Below the pieces are notes generated by a model. The model did not search any database, was not told the origin of the DNA, and saw nothing but the letters and a program-made list of their open reading frames with translations. Both the position numbers and the translations under genes were made by a program. Positions 28,249-39,148 of a stretch of 64,000 bases of DNA are shown in pieces; within the stretch, counting starts at the first letter, position 1; each line of letters opens with the position of its first letter. The stretch comes from Vulcanimicrobiota bacterium (lineage in GTDB: Bacteria > Vulcanimicrobiota > Vulcanimicrobiia > Vulcanimicrobiales > Vulcanimicrobiaceae), in contig CAVZQC010000002.1 of assembly GCA_963777315.1 (NCBI GenBank), positions 480,001 through 544,000 on the forward strand, in the 5' to 3' direction.

Positions 28249-30851
28249 GGGCGCAGGACCGCCTCACGGATGGCCTGCATCGCTTCGTGCGCGCCGCCGG
28301 GTTTTTTACCGCCGCCCTGCGCTTGCGTGGGCTGCCCCCCGCCGCGTCCATCCACCAGCGCCGCGGCGAGCTTGATCAAATTGCCGGCGTGCACGCCCGC
28401 CTTTACCATGTCGTCGCTGGCGCTTACCAGCAAACTCACCGTGCCGTCGTCGATGCCCGCCAGGGCGATGACCCCGCTGGGCAATCGCTGCCGAATTGCG
28501 CTGCCCAAATGCCGCAACGCGTCGGCGTTGGTTTGCGCAACGACGGCGCCGACGAACGTCCTTTCACCGGACCGCTGCGCGGACTCCACGTAAGTCTGCG
28601 CGTCCGCAGCCGCAAGCTTGGCCTTGAGGTCGCCCACCGCATTTTGCAGATCCTTGACGTCGCGCTGCAGTTTGTCGATGCGTTCGCCCAGTTCGTCCGG
28701 CGTGGTCGCAAGGGCCGCTGCGAGGCCGGCCACGAGCTCTTGTTGATGCGACAGAAATTCTTCGGCGGCTTGCGAGACGCACGACTCGATGCGGCGAATG
28801 CCGGATCCGATCGAAAACTCGCTCAAGATGACGAACATGCCCAGTTCGCCCGTGGAGTGCGCGTGCGTGCCGCCGCAAAACTCTACCGAAGGGCCCGCCT
28901 TGACCACTCGAACGCGATCGCCGTATTTTTCACCGAACATCATGACCGCACCGGCGGCCTTGGCTTCTTCGAGCGGCAGTACTCGAGTCTCGAGCGGCAC
29001 GTCTTCGCGAATCATCTCGTTCACGCGATGGGCAACGTCGCGCTTTTGCTGGGCGGTGAGCGCGCCGCCGGGGGAGCGAAAATCGAAGCGCATGCGATCG
29101 ATGCCGACCCAGGAGCCGGCCTGCTCGACTTGCTCTCCGATTGCGTCCTTGAGCGCACGCTGGAGCAAGTGCGCAGAGGTGTGATGGCGGCGTATCTCTT
29201 GCCGCCATTGCGGATCGACCTGCGCGCGCAGCGCGTCGCCGGTGCGCAAAACGCCCTGCGCGAGCGTTCCGTGATGGGCAATCGCTTCGCCCTGATACTG
29301 CGTGTCCCGCACCTCGAAGCGCGCCCCGTCGCTTGAAAGCGTGCCGCGATCGCCGATTTGGCCGCCCCGTTCGGCGTAGAAGGGCGTGCGGTCCAGCACG
29401 ATCCGTGCCTCCTGCCCTTCGCGGATCTGCTCGACGTGCTCGCCATCGTGCAGAATTGCGAGGATCCGGCATTCGCTCTGCAACCCTTCATAGCCCAAGA
29501 ACGCGGTCTGCATTGCGGGCATGTCGGCCGTCGTCACGACGGCGCGCTTTTCGGCGGCATCGCGGCGGGCGCGATCGCGCTGCTCGCTCATTGCCGCATC
29601 GAAACCCGCATGGTCGACGGCGACGTTTCGCTCCGCTGCAATTTCGCGCGTGAGTTCGAACGGAAACCCATAGGTGTCGTGCAGCACGAATGCGTCTTCG
29701 CCGCGCAGCGTTCCGCCGGAAGCACGCTCGGCGAGCAGATCGTCGAGCATGGCCGTCCCGCGTTCCAACGTACGGTCGAACGCTCGTTCCTCGGTTTGCA
29801 GCGCGTGCCGGATGCGCGAGATGTTGGCGCGCAGTTCGGGATATCCCGGTTCCAGCGAAGCAACGACAGCAGGCACGAGCTGCGTGAGAAAACCGTTGGG
29901 GTATCCCAGCAGGCGTCCGTTGCGAATCGCGCGCCGTATCAGAAAGCGAAGCACGTAACCGCGGTCGGTATTGCCGGGATACACTCCGTCGTTGATCAGA
30001 AACGTCACGCTGCGCGCATGATCGGCTATGATGTTTCTGCGGGCGTTGCGGTCTTCGGGCGAAAGCGAGGTTTGCCCGACCGGCGGCTGAGCCGCGATGA
30101 GATCGACGAACAAATCCGTGTCGTACATCGAAACTTTGCCGTTGACGACGGCGAGGATTCGCTCGAGTCCGGCGCCCGTATCGATCTGTTTGCGCGGCAG
30201 TTCTTCCAGTTTGCCGTCCGAGCCGCGGTTGTACTGCTGAAAAACCACGTTCCAGATCTCGATCCAGCGCGTGCCGGCGTTGGGGCCGCCGTCGTCGGCT
30301 CCAGCGGCATTTTGAGCGCCGGTATCGTAAAAGATCTCGGTGCTGGGACCGCACGGTCCCGTCGGGCCCATCGTCCAAAAGTTGTCTTCGTCAAACCGCG
30401 AGATGCGATCGGCAGTCACGCCGATCTGCCTGCGCCAGATGCTTTCGGCTTCGTCGTCGGAAACGTGAACCGTGACGGCAAGCCGCGAGGCATCCAGCTG
30501 CAGCGTCTGCGTAAGAAATTCCCACGACAAGCCGATCGCTTCGCGTTTATAGTAACCGCCGAAGCTGAAATTGCCCAGCATCTCCAGGAACGTCCCGTGG
30601 CGGCCGGTTCTTCCGACGTTTTCGATGTCGCTCTTCGCGCCGGCCACGCGCAGGCACCGCTGCACCGTCACGACGTTGGGCGCCGGCGGCGGCTCTTCGC
30701 CCAGAAAAGCGGGCACGAACTGTTCCATACCCGCGATGGTGAACAGCGTGGTCGACATCGCGTCCGGAATTAGGCTCGCCGAAGGGACTTGCCGGTGATC
30801 TCGCTCGGTAAAGAACTCGACGAAGGCCGAGCGCAATTCTTGGCTTTTCAT
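28245..30851 (-). CDS. alaS: alanine--tRNA ligase
   Basis: TLFTIAGM, RHGTFLEMLGNF, GPCGP, HHTSAHLL, EFCGGTH, GGGQPTQAQGGG. Confidence 0.97.
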   Translation of the reverse strand: MKSQELRSAFVEFFTERDHRQVPSASLIPDAMSTTLFTIAGMEQFVPAFLGEEPPPAPNVVTVQRCLRVAGAKSDIENVGRTGRHGTFLEMLGNFSFGGYYKREAIGLSWEFLTQTLQLDASRLAVTVHVSDDEAESIWRRQIGVTADRISRFDEDNFWTMGPTGPCGPSTEIFYDTGAQNAAGADDGGPNAGTRWIEIWNVVFQQYNRGSDGKLEELPRKQIDTGAGLERILAVVNGKVSMYDTDLFVDLIAAQPPVGQTSLSPEDRNARRNIIADHARSVTFLINDGVYPGNTDRGYVLRFLIRRAIRNGRLLGYPNGFLTQLVPAVVASLEPGYPELRANISRIRHALQTEERAFDRTLERGTAMLDDLLAERASGGTLRGEDAFVLHDTYGFPFELTREIAAERNVAVDHAGFDAAMSEQRDRARRDAAEKRAVVTTADMPAMQTAFLGYEGLQSECRILAILHDGEHVEQIREGQEARIVLDRTPFYAERGGQIGDRGTLSSDGARFEVRDTQYQGEAIAHHGTLAQGVLRTGDALRAQVDPQWRQEIRRHHTSAHLLQRALKDAIGEQVEQAGSWVGIDRMRFDFRSPGGALTAQQKRDVAHRVNEMIREDVPLETRVLPLEEAKAAGAVMMFGEKYGDRVRVVKAGPSVEFCGGTHAHSTGELGMFVILSEFSIGSGIRRIESCVSQAAEEFLSHQQELVAGLAAALATTPDELGERIDKLQRDVKDLQNAVGDLKAKLAAADAQTYVESAQRSGERTFVGAVVAQTNADALRHLGSAIRQRLPSGVIALAGIDDGTVSLLVSASDDMVKAGVHAGNLIKLAAALVDGRGGGQPTQAQGGGKKPGGAHEAMQAIREAVLRP

Positions 30852-30864
30852 TTTTGAAGGCGCT

Positions 30865-31283
30865 TCGGCCCAGCCTGCGCGCCCCCCGCTTCGCGGGGCC
30901 CCCACAATCTCATGGCGCCTGATCGTTATTGCTTGCTCGAGCGCTCCCCGAGGGCGCCGCATCTGTTGCTGCTCGGCCCAGCCTGCGCGCCCCCCGCTTC
31001 GAGGGCCCCCACAATCTCATGGCACCTGATCGTTATTGCTTGCTCGAGCGCTCCCCGAGGGCGCCGCATGAGTTGCTGCTCGGCCCAGCCTGCGCGCCCC
31101 CCGCTTCGCGGGGCCCCCCACAACCTCATGGCGCCTGATCGTTACTGCTTGCTCGAGCGCTCCCCGAGGGCGCCGCATCTGTTGCTGCTCGGCCCAGCCT
31201 GCGCGCCCCCCGCTTCACGGGGCCCCCACAACCTCATGGCGCCTGATCGTTATTGCTTGCTCGAGCGCTCCCCGAGGGCGCCG
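30865..31283. repeat. tandem repeat, ~108-bp unit x 3.9
   Basis: near-identical units start at 30865, 30973, 31080, 31189. Confidence 0.95.
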
Positions 31284-31288
31284 GAACC

Positions 31289-32077
31289 CTATTCCTGCAG
31301 CACGTGCCGCAGTTTTTCCAGGGCCTTCTGCTGCAGGCGCGATACGTGCATCTGCGAGACGTTCAGGCGCTTGGCGATTTCGGTTTGCGACACGCTCTCA
31401 TAAAAGCGCAGGTAGAGAATCACCCGCTCGCGCCCGGTGAGCACCTCGAAGGCGCGTTCCAGGTTGGCTTTGTCTTCCAGCAGGGCGAGGCCGGCGTCGG
31501 TTTTGCCGATGTAGTCCTGCAGCGTCTGCGATTTTTTGTCGCCTTCCCCCGAGAGCTCGGTATCGAGTGAAAGCAGATTGTAGGCTTGTCCCAGCTCCTG
31601 CGCCTCCAGAATGTCCTCTTCTGAGGCGCTCAAATGCTCGGCCAGTTCCGCGACCGTCGGACTGCGGCCCATCTTCACCGACAGTTTCTCGATCGCGCGA
31701 TTGACGGCCAAGTTGAGTTCCTGCAGGCGGCGCGGAACCTTGACGGCCCAGCCCTTGTCGCGAAAGTAGCGTTTTATCTCGCCGACGATAGTCGGGGTTG
31801 CGTACGTGGTGAATTCCACGCCGCGCTCCAGATCGAACCGGTCTATCGCTTTGAGCAGTCCGACGGTCCCGACTTGAATCAAGTCGTCCAGAGCTTCGCC
31901 GCGGTTGGCAAATTTGACCGCGAGATAGCGCACGAGGTTCAAGTGCGCGACGACGAGTTCGCTGCGCAAACGTTCGTAGCCGGCATCGGCGGGGTGCTTT
32001 TTGATCTCGGCAAAGCGCGCGAAAGCCTTGCGCGTTTTCTGCCGGTCCCACCGCTCCTCTTCCGTGTGCTGATGCAC
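31289..32077 (-). CDS. SigB/SigF/SigG family RNA polymerase sigma factor
   Basis: DDLIQVGTVGLLKAIDRFD, YATPTIVGEIKRYFRD, SQMHVSRL. Confidence 0.95.
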   Translation of the reverse strand: MHQHTEEERWDRQKTRKAFARFAEIKKHPADAGYERLRSELVVAHLNLVRYLAVKFANRGEALDDLIQVGTVGLLKAIDRFDLERGVEFTTYATPTIVGEIKRYFRDKGWAVKVPRRLQELNLAVNRAIEKLSVKMGRSPTVAELAEHLSASEEDILEAQELGQAYNLLSLDTELSGEGDKKSQTLQDYIGKTDAGLALLEDKANLERAFEVLTGRERVILYLRFYESVSQTEIAKRLNVSQMHVSRLQQKALEKLRHVLQE

Positions 32078-32084
32078 TAGCCGC

Positions 32085-32517
32085 TTAGGCCGATACTTTT
32101 TTAGTCATGACCAGATTGGTGCCCCTGTCCGGATGCACGTCGTATTCGACGGTGTCCATCAGCGAGCGGATAAGAAACACGCCCAAGCCGCCCACGCGAG
32201 GTTCGTCGACGCGGCGCGAATGGATGGTTTCCGGGCGCGTGCCCCGACCGTAGTCGCGAACGCGAACGGTCAAAGCGTCGGTTTCCGTTTCGCAGGTGAT
32301 CTCGATCTGATCGCTTTCGTGGGCGTGCTGTATGCAGTTCGTGCAGGCTTCGGCAACGGCAAGCTTGACGTCTTCGATATCTTCAATCGAGAAGTTCAGC
32401 CGGTTGGCAACCGCAGCTGACGGCCAAACGGGCTACGGCGACCCATTCGGCTTTGCTGGGGATGCGCAGCTCGACGATGCCCACGGACCGGTCGGAATGA
32501 GCGACCGGCTGGTTCAC
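32085..32517 (-). CDS. rsbW: anti-sigma factor RsbW-like kinase (frameshift near 32419)
   Basis: LRIPSKAEWVAVARLAV/AAVANRLNFSIEDIEDVKLAVAEACTN...GGLGVFLIRSLMD. Confidence 0.85.
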
Positions 32518-32858
32518 ACTAATGCCTTCATCGCCGCATCCTCGTCGTCGTAAATGCCGAAGATTTTGACCAAACCGGTGATGTCGAAGATCTTTTTGAT
32601 CTGCGGATTCGTGCAAACCAGATTGACGGTTCCCCCGTGTTCGCGCACGCGCTTGAGGCCGCCGATGAGCACGCCCAGTCCGGTGGAGTCGATGTAGCGC
32701 ACCTTCTCCAGATTGATGACGAGATTGTAATGGCCCTTGTCAATGAGATCGCCGATGGCGTCCTTGACCTTCGGAGAGGTGTAGACGTCGATTTCACCGT
32801 TTAAATCGACGACGTACGTGTCGCCTTGCGCCTCTCGAACGTTCACTTTAATATCCAC
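32514..32858 (-). CDS. rsbV: anti-sigma factor antagonist (STAS, RsbV-like)
   Basis: GEIDVYT, YIDSTGLGVL, IFDITGL; AGGAG RBS. Confidence 0.9.
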   Translation of the reverse strand: MDIKVNVREAQGDTYVVDLNGEIDVYTSPKVKDAIGDLIDKGHYNLVINLEKVRYIDSTGLGVLIGGLKRVREHGGTVNLVCTNPQIKKIFDITGLVKIFGIYDDEDAAMKALV

Positions 32859-32866
32859 GCTTGCTC

Positions 32867-33178
32867 CTAAGAGTCCGATGATTGGGATTGAGATTCCGAT
32901 TCGCGCGACAGCTCGCCGCGCAGGCGGTCCGCGGTCGTGTGGCCTTCCCGAACTGCAGCATCGATGGTGGTTCGTGCAGTGTCGATCACGGTTTTTCCGC
33001 GCGCGTACAGATCGCGAAGATCGCCGCCCGCGTCGGCGGCAACGTTGCGGGCTTCGAGGGCCTTGCCTACGAGAACGTCGCGCGCGTCCTCCTGAGCGAC
33101 CACATAGGCCAGGATGCCGCCCGCTGCGGCGCCCGCGAGAAAGCCTGCGAAAAATCCGCCGGCTTTGCCATCGCTCAT
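32867..33178 (-). CDS. YtxH-like protein
   Basis: N-terminal GFFAGFLAGAAAGG helix then helical region. Confidence 0.65.
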   Translation of the reverse strand: MSDGKAGGFFAGFLAGAAAGGILAYVVAQEDARDVLVGKALEARNVAADAGGDLRDLYARGKTVIDTARTTIDAAVREGHTTADRLRGELSRESESQSQSSDS

Positions 33179-33585
33179 GCGCTCTCCCGAGTCTGCTTGT
33201 CGCCGCGCACCAAGCGGCGAAGGCCCGCACTAATGCCCCCCAGAGTCGCCCCGACGTTTACGATGGACGGCGAAAGCGCGTCTTGGGTCAGCGCCGCCGT
33301 ATTCGCAAGCGAAGCGGCGATACGCTCGAGCGAGCCCACGATGCCCGACAGTCGCGCTATCGTTTTGTCCGCAGTGTCGGCGATGCCGCCGACGTGCGCC
33401 AGCGTTTCGTTGACGGGTGCGCTCAATGCGGCGACCTGCTGATCGACGCCGTCGAGCGTTTGATTGACGCGCCGCAGCGTTCGCGCCACTCCCGCCATGG
33501 CGACGAAGATGCCCAGCCCTGCCAAAAACGCGCCAATGCCGCCTGCCACATCGAGAAAGGCAGACCAGTCAAAGCCTGTACTCAA
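33175..33585 (-). CDS. DUF948 (YoxC-like) protein
   Basis: N-terminal TM plus coiled coil; GGAGG RBS; paired with YtxH. Confidence 0.6.
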   Translation of the reverse strand: MSTGFDWSAFLDVAGGIGAFLAGLGIFVAMAGVARTLRRVNQTLDGVDQQVAALSAPVNETLAHVGGIADTADKTIARLSGIVGSLERIAASLANTAALTQDALSPSIVNVGATLGGISAGLRRLVRGDKQTRESA

Positions 33586-33629
33586 CGATTACCTCCGTCC
33601 GGACGTGAACGAACTATTCCCCGTTTTAC

Positions 33630-34808
33630 TCAAAAAGCACCGCCGGAACCCAACGGCGCTGCCGCAATCGCGCGCAGATCCTCAACGGAGCGCTCGAGCA
33701 CTTGCGCGGCGCGATCGAGGTCGGCCTGCGTCGTGTCGCGGTCGAGCGAGAAGCGAATCACCCCGCGCGTCCACGGCTCGGGCAAGTCCAAGGCCGCGAT
33801 CACGTGGCTGGGTTCGATCGAGCCTGAGGCGCACGCGCTTCCGGCGGAAGCCGCAACGCCGTCCAGATCCAGCCGCACGAGCAGCTGCTCCGAAGAAACG
33901 CCCAAAAAACTCAGGTTCGATATATGCGGCGACCGGGGAGCGCCTGCCCCGTTGACGCGGACGTCCGCAATCCCGGCCTGTATCCGGGCTTCGAACCGGT
34001 CGCGCAGGCCCTGCACTTTTTCGGCCGTCGCGGCGCGCTCGGCAACTGCGAGCTCCAGCGCGCGTGCGAATCCGACGATGCCTGCCACGTTCTCGGTCCC
34101 GGCGCGCTTGGCGAACTCTTGGCTGCCTCCGTGCACGATCGGCAACAAAGGTGAGGAGTGCGCAATGTAGAGAGCGCCGACGCCTTTGGGCCCGTGCAAT
34201 TTGTGCGCCGCCAGAGAAAGCGCGTCGACGCCCAGCTCGCGCACGTCGACGGGCAGATAGGCTGCCGCTTGCACGGCATCAGTGTGAAAAAAGGTTCCGT
34301 TGCGGCGAGCAAGCGCCGCAAGCCGTGAGAGCGGCTGCACCGTTCCCAGTTCGTTGTTGACGTACATGACCGAGGCCAGAATCGTGTCCGGGCGCAGCGC
34401 GCTCTCGAACGTTTGCGGCTGCAGCACTCCGCGTTCGTCTACGTCGAGCAGCGTTATCTCAAATCCCTCGTCCCCAAGCGCATCGAGCGCGTGCAAGACG
34501 GCGTGGTGCTCGATCGCCGAAGCAACGATATGCCGGCCTCGTTCGCGCAGCGCGCGCGCCACGCCGATGAGCGCCAGGTTGTCCGATTCGGAACCGCTCC
34601 CGGTGAAGAGTACGTCGGTATGTTTTGCGCCGATGCACTGCGCTACGCAGGCCCTGGCATCGTCCAGCGCTTTGCGCGCCGCACGGCCTTCGGCATGAAG
34701 CGAGCCGGCATTGTATGCGCAGTGCGTAAAATACGGCAGCATCGCCTGCAGCGCTTCCGAGCGTACCGGCGTGGTTGCCGCGTTATCCAAATAAATGCGT
34801 TTGGTCAC
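33630..34808 (-). CDS. iscS: cysteine desulfurase (IscS/NifS)
   Basis: YLDNAATT, HTDAVQA, AHKLHGPKG, SAGSAC. Confidence 0.9.
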   Translation of the reverse strand: MTKRIYLDNAATTPVRSEALQAMLPYFTHCAYNAGSLHAEGRAARKALDDARACVAQCIGAKHTDVLFTGSGSESDNLALIGVARALRERGRHIVASAIEHHAVLHALDALGDEGFEITLLDVDERGVLQPQTFESALRPDTILASVMYVNNELGTVQPLSRLAALARRNGTFFHTDAVQAAAYLPVDVRELGVDALSLAAHKLHGPKGVGALYIAHSSPLLPIVHGGSQEFAKRAGTENVAGIVGFARALELAVAERAATAEKVQGLRDRFEARIQAGIADVRVNGAGAPRSPHISNLSFLGVSSEQLLVRLDLDGVAASAGSACASGSIEPSHVIAALDLPEPWTRGVIRFSLDRDTTQADLDRAAQVLERSVEDLRAIAAAPLGSGGAF

Positions 34809-34885
34809 AGCACATTCTCAGACACGAGCATTACGATGTGCCCGTGCGAAGCTCCATTGCACACTCCGAGAAGTAGCAACGGGAG

Positions 34886-34914
34886 AGCGGTCCGGGCAAC
34901 CGGGCCGCTTTTTT
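34886..34914 (+). terminator. intrinsic terminator hairpin (U-tract on + strand)
   Basis: AGCGGTCCGG-GCAA-CCGGGCCGCT-TTTTT. Confidence 0.7.
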
Positions 34915-36253
34915 ATATCTCGTTGCGGCGTTTTACCCAATCGACGAGCCGCTGCTCGTCACCTTGCGACCCCGGCTCGTAGTAACGGCGACCCTGCAGG
35001 GCTTCGGGCAGGTACGACTGCAGCCGCTGCGCGGGCGGGAGATCGCCGCGGTGCTTGCGGTAATCCTCGCTCGCATGCGCGTATTCGTAATCGCGCCCGT
35101 ATCCGAGTTCTTTCATCAGCCCCGTCGGCGCATTGCGCAGGTGCACCGGCACGGGATCGTTGCGGGTATTCTCGACGTCGTGCAGCGCGCCCGAATACGC
35201 GCGTCCGACGCTGTTGCTTTTGGGCGCGGTTGCCAAATAGAGCGCTGCGTGCGCGAGCGGATAAAAGCCTTCGGGCATGCCGACGAAATGCACCGCCTGC
35301 TGTGCGGCTACGGCAACGGATATGGCGCGCGAATCCGCCAAACCGACGTCCTCGGAAGCGAGAATCACCAAGCGGCGCGCGATGAAGAGCGGGTCTTCGC
35401 CGCCGTCGATCATGCGCGCAAGCCAGTACGCGGCCGCATCGGGATCGCTGCCGCGAATACTTTTGATGAACGCGCTGACGACGTCGTAGTGCTGATCGCC
35501 GTCCTTATCGTACGACACCGCTCGCCGCTGCATCGCGTCTGCCACGGCCGCGGCCGTGATCGTGCGCGTTCCGTTCTCGTCTTGCGGCGCAACGGCGGCC
35601 GAGAAATCCAGGGTGCTCAAAGCACTGCGCGCATCGCCGTTGGAAAGATCGACCAGCGCTTTGCGCGCCTGCGGCTCCAGACGCAGCTCGAGCGAGCCCA
35701 GACCGCGCTCCGGGTCGCGCAGAGCCCGGTCGACGATCGTTCCGACTTGATCGTCGGTGAGCGCTTTGAGCACGAAAACGCGCGAGCGCGAGAGCAGCGC
35801 GGAATTCACTTCGAACGACGGGTTCTCGGTGGTTGCGCCGATCAGCGTAACGGTGCCGTTCTCGACGTACGGCAGCACGGCGTCCTGCTGGGCTTTGTTG
35901 AAGCGATGAATTTCGTCGATGAAAAGCACCGTGCGCTTGCCCAGCGCTCGCCGGTGCTGCGCTTCCGACACGATCTTGCGCAGATCGGCTACGCCCGCGC
36001 TGACCGCCGAAATCGAGCTGAAATGCGCTCCCGTCATTCGCGCAACGATCTGGGCGAGCGTCGTTTTGCCGGTTCCGGGCGGCCCCCATAGGATCATCGA
36101 GGGAACGTTGTCGTTTTCGATCGCGCGGCGAAGCGCGTGTCCCGGCCCCAAGACGTGTTCCTGGCCCACGAACTCGTCCAGGCTAACGGGGCGCATGCGT
36201 GCGGGCAACGGTTCTGCGAGGGTATCGCCCGGCGAGAAGAGCGTCGGCTCCAA
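34913..36253 (-). CDS. rarA: replication-associated recombination protein A
   Basis: [49 protein letters not shown]. Confidence 0.95.
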   Translation of the reverse strand: MEPTLFSPGDTLAEPLPARMRPVSLDEFVGQEHVLGPGHALRRAIENDNVPSMILWGPPGTGKTTLAQIVARMTGAHFSSISAVSAGVADLRKIVSEAQHRRALGKRTVLFIDEIHRFNKAQQDAVLPYVENGTVTLIGATTENPSFEVNSALLSRSRVFVLKALTDDQVGTIVDRALRDPERGLGSLELRLEPQARKALVDLSNGDARSALSTLDFSAAVAPQDENGTRTITAAAVADAMQRRAVSYDKDGDQHYDVVSAFIKSIRGSDPDAAAYWLARMIDGGEDPLFIARRLVILASEDVGLADSRAISVAVAAQQAVHFVGMPEGFYPLAHAALYLATAPKSNSVGRAYSGALHDVENTRNDPVPVHLRNAPTGLMKELGYGRDYEYAHASEDYRKHRGDLPPAQRLQSYLPEALQGRRYYEPGSQGDEQRLVDWVKRRNEI

Positions 36254-36257
36254 AACG

Positions 36258-36902
36258 CTACGGAATCTTCGGCTTCTTGATGACGATCGGTTTGGGCGTA
36301 GCGATCGACGGGGTGATGCCCGGGAACGTCAGCGTCACGTTGTTTTGCGCGACTCCCTGGCCGGTCAGCGTATTGTACGTTGCCCGATCGGCGTCCAAGG
36401 TGCGATCGCCTTCGATCACATGGACCTTGCCGGTGAGATCGAGCTGATGGGTTACGTCGTTCAAATGCGCGTTTTCCGCGTCGACGTTCGTGTCCGCCTG
36501 CTCGTAATGCACGTGCCCTTTTGCATCGTAGAGATGCGCTGTGTCGTCGACGTGGAGCTGGTCGGAGGTAAGCATTGCCGGTCCACGCGATTGCGCCGGC
36601 TTCGCACTCTTCAAGCCGAACGTTCCCCCGGTGTCCTGCAGGCTTACGTGCCCGTAGAGCGCGGCTTGGCGCTGCTTGTAGTTTCCGTTTGCACGGTCCG
36701 CATGAATCACCGAGCCGTCCGCGCGCGTGAGCGTAACGCGATCGGGCGCGGAGAAATCGCCCGATCCCATGTTGGCGCTGAGCCTGTCGGTCTGCAGATC
36801 CCATTGGCCCACCGATGCGGAGGAATGCGTTGACGGACGGGCGTGCGCGGCGGCCGCGCCCAAGAGCAGCAGGATGGCGAAAACAGCGATCGGACGTATC
36901 AT
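36258..36902 (-). CDS. LptA/OstA-like beta-jellyroll exported protein
   Basis: signal peptide; repeated ADRA / LxGxVxL beta motifs. Confidence 0.6.
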   Translation of the reverse strand: MIRPIAVFAILLLLGAAAAHARPSTHSSASVGQWDLQTDRLSANMGSGDFSAPDRVTLTRADGSVIHADRANGNYKQRQAALYGHVSLQDTGGTFGLKSAKPAQSRGPAMLTSDQLHVDDTAHLYDAKGHVHYEQADTNVDAENAHLNDVTHQLDLTGKVHVIEGDRTLDADRATYNTLTGQGVAQNNVTLTFPGITPSIATPKPIVIKKPKIP

Positions 36903-37411
36903 TGCGAGAGCTGCACGTTTCCGTAAAGATTGATTTCGTGCGTGATGCCGTTCATCACGGCGCGATCGGCGCGCACTTCGCTGCCGCCCTGCAGAAAATG
37001 AACGTTTCCCGTCGCGACGTACGTTTTTGTTGTGCCGTCTATCGTCAGGTTCTCGCACGTTAACGTGGCGGGGGCGCTTGAATTATTTTGTCCGGCAAAC
37101 TTGGTGAGCACGCCGTTGCTGTCGTGCAGCACGACGTGGCCCGTCAGCGTGGCCTGGTGCGACTTCCAGTTTCCCTGCGCGCGATCGGCTTGAATATCGC
37201 TGCCCGGACGGGTAAGGACGATGCGTCCCGGCGTCGTAAACGTTCCGCTTTGCCAGTTGGCGTTGAGCTCGCCCGTGGTTACGTGCCAATCGGAAAACGA
37301 GAATCCGGCTCCGGCAGATTGCTGCGCGAGCTGTTTGGGGACGGCCGCCGGCGCGGTTTGCGCCGCGATCGCAAAAGCGGCCGCCAAGAAGATGAGCGTA
37401 CGGCGCGTCAT
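36899..37411 (-). CDS. LptA/OstA-like exported protein
   Basis: signal peptide; QADRAQGN, ATGNVHF, LYGNVQL. Confidence 0.6.
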   Translation of the reverse strand: MTRRTLIFLAAAFAIAAQTAPAAVPKQLAQQSAGAGFSFSDWHVTTGELNANWQSGTFTTPGRIVLTRPGSDIQADRAQGNWKSHQATLTGHVVLHDSNGVLTKFAGQNNSSAPATLTCENLTIDGTTKTYVATGNVHFLQGGSEVRADRAVMNGITHEINLYGNVQLSQ

Positions 37412-38082
37412 CGCACCTTGCGCGCCGAAAGCGCGGGGCGAACCGACGGGCCGAGCAGTTCGGTCAGTTTGTCCACGGAAACGACGCCTTCGCGCACCAC
37501 GATGATGTGCGGGCCCGTCATGTCGATGACCGTCGACTCGCGCGCGTACTTGGTTGGGCCGTTTTCGACCAGCAAGTCCGCGGGCGGCAGCATTTCCCAA
37601 TCTCCCGCGCCGCAGTACGCGCTCTCGCCGCTGGCATTGGCGCTGGTTGCAGCCCATGGGCCGCAGCGCTCGAGCATGCGTGCGCAAAGCGAATCGTCGG
37701 GGACGCGGAAACCCAGTGTGGCAAGTCCGGCAGTGACCTCCTGGTCGATGAACGAGGGCTTTGCTAGTATTATCGTCACCGGGCCCGGCATTAAGCGTCG
37801 TGCCGCCCCGATGGCTTCCGGATGCTCTGCCGCGTACTCCGCAAACTCCGCCGCGGTGGCCAGATGGAGGGATAGCGGTTTGTCCGCAGGCCGTTGTTTG
37901 GATGCGTACACGGCGTCGACCGCAGCAGGGTTATAGGGATCGCAGCCGATTCCGTAGACCGTGTCGGTGGGGAATATCACCGTTCCGCCGCCGAAGACGA
38001 CGCTCGCAACCTCCTCGACCACACGAGCGTGCGACTCTTTGCGTGCATCGAGGACGTTTGCGACCTTCACCGCTGTTTTCAT
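37408..38082 (-). CDS. tsaC: L-threonylcarbamoyladenylate synthase (TsaC/Sua5)
   Basis: FPTDTVYG, KQRPADKPL, PGPVT, TSANASG. Confidence 0.9.
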   Translation of the reverse strand: MKTAVKVANVLDARKESHARVVEEVASVVFGGGTVIFPTDTVYGIGCDPYNPAAVDAVYASKQRPADKPLSLHLATAAEFAEYAAEHPEAIGAARRLMPGPVTIILAKPSFIDQEVTAGLATLGFRVPDDSLCARMLERCGPWAATSANASGESAYCGAGDWEMLPPADLLVENGPTKYARESTVIDMTGPHIIVVREGVVSVDKLTELLGPSVRPALSARKVR

Positions 38083-38127
38083 ACCCCAGCGGTTCGCGGT
38101 TGCCTTCGCGACTCGAAGGCGAGCCGG

Positions 38128-39126
<999 letters not shown>

Positions 39127-39148
39127 CTAAAAAACTGCGCGGCTTTGC

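Noticed and set aside
30865..31283. CRISPR array or T-box leader upstream of alaS
   Set aside because: Units are near-identical end to end with no unique spacers, no cas genes are present, and no T-box GGTGGNACC motif was seen
8702..32517. Programmed ribosomal frameshifting or genome decay behind the broken genes
   Set aside because: No slippery runs, mixed indel directions, otherwise intact genes, and a shared AGCT context
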